Of a DNA stretch of 32,000 nucleotides, positions 31,732 to 32,000 are shown piece after piece (position 1 is the stretch's first letter; the number at the start of each line of letters is the position of its first letter). The DNA comes from Pseudomonas aeruginosa. GTDB lineage: Bacteria > Pseudomonadota > Gammaproteobacteria > Pseudomonadales > Pseudomonadaceae. The notes beneath the pieces were generated by a model. It saw only the letters and a list, made by a program, of their open reading frames with translations. It was not told the origin of the DNA and ran no database searches. The stretch spans positions 4,560,001 through 4,592,000 of the forward strand of contig NZ_LN831024.1 in the NCBI RefSeq assembly GCF_001457615.1. Direction: 5' to 3'. The position numbers were made by a program, and so were the translations under genes.

Positions 31732-32000
31732 TCACAGTGCCTCGGCGTTCTCGGCCAGGTACGAGGCCACGCCCTCGGCGCTCGCCTTCATGCCTTTCTG
31801 GCCCTTGCGCCAGCCGGCCGGGCAGACCTCGCCGTGTTCCTCGGTGAACTGCAGGGCCTCGACCAGGCGCACCATCTCGTCCACCTCGCGCCCCAGCGGC
31901 AGGTTGTTCACCACTTGGTGCTGGACCACCCCGGCGCGGTCGATCAGGAACGAAGCACGCAAGGCCACGCCGTCCTCGTGCTCGATGCCGTAGGCGCGGG
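31732..32000 (-). CDS. ahpB: AhpC/TSA peroxiredoxin (2-Cys type), 5' part beyond window
   Basis: C-terminal 'SFLIDRAGVVQHQVVNNLPLGREVDEMVRLVEALQFTEEHGEVCPAGWRKGQKGMKAS' with resolving-Cys motif VCPAGW; the frame stays open to the right edge. Confidence 0.85.
   Translation of the reverse strand, partial: RAYGIEHEDGVALRASFLIDRAGVVQHQVVNNLPLGREVDEMVRLVEALQFTEEHGEVCPAGWRKGQKGMKASAEGVASYLAENAEAL

Overview
This 32 kb window is GC-rich chromosomal DNA. Gene order and recognisable proteins point to the Pseudomonas aeruginosa core genome, colinear from memory with PAO1 PA0876 down to PA0848. That assignment is from recall, not a search. In order it carries: a LysR regulator; an FUSC-family membrane protein; a small secreted DUF2790-type protein; phhR; the phhABC aromatic amino-acid operon; pbpG; arfB; mliC; an aroP-type permease; hpd; an AraC regulator; a frameshifted XapX-like small ORF; a quinone-oxidoreductase-like gene; undA (1-undecene synthase-like non-heme iron oxidase); rbdA; a trhO/DsbA-like/ABC exporter cluster; bolA-like; a DUF2059 protein; a DUF2804-type protein; fumC; a flavodoxin-like oxidoreductase; cbpD (AA10 LPMO); a PLP-dependent dehydratase; a MAPEG protein; trxB2; and the C-terminal end of an AhpC/Prx gene. 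I found no CRISPR array, prophage, transposon, rRNA/tRNA or convincing novel defence or mobile system. The most useful non-CDS signals are two TyrR/PhhR-type operators (phhR-phhA and upstream of hpd), an REP/BIME-like palindromic repeat family in two places, a single-base C-run frameshift in a XapX-like gene, a degenerate GAFTGA motif in PhhR, and several strong hairpins.
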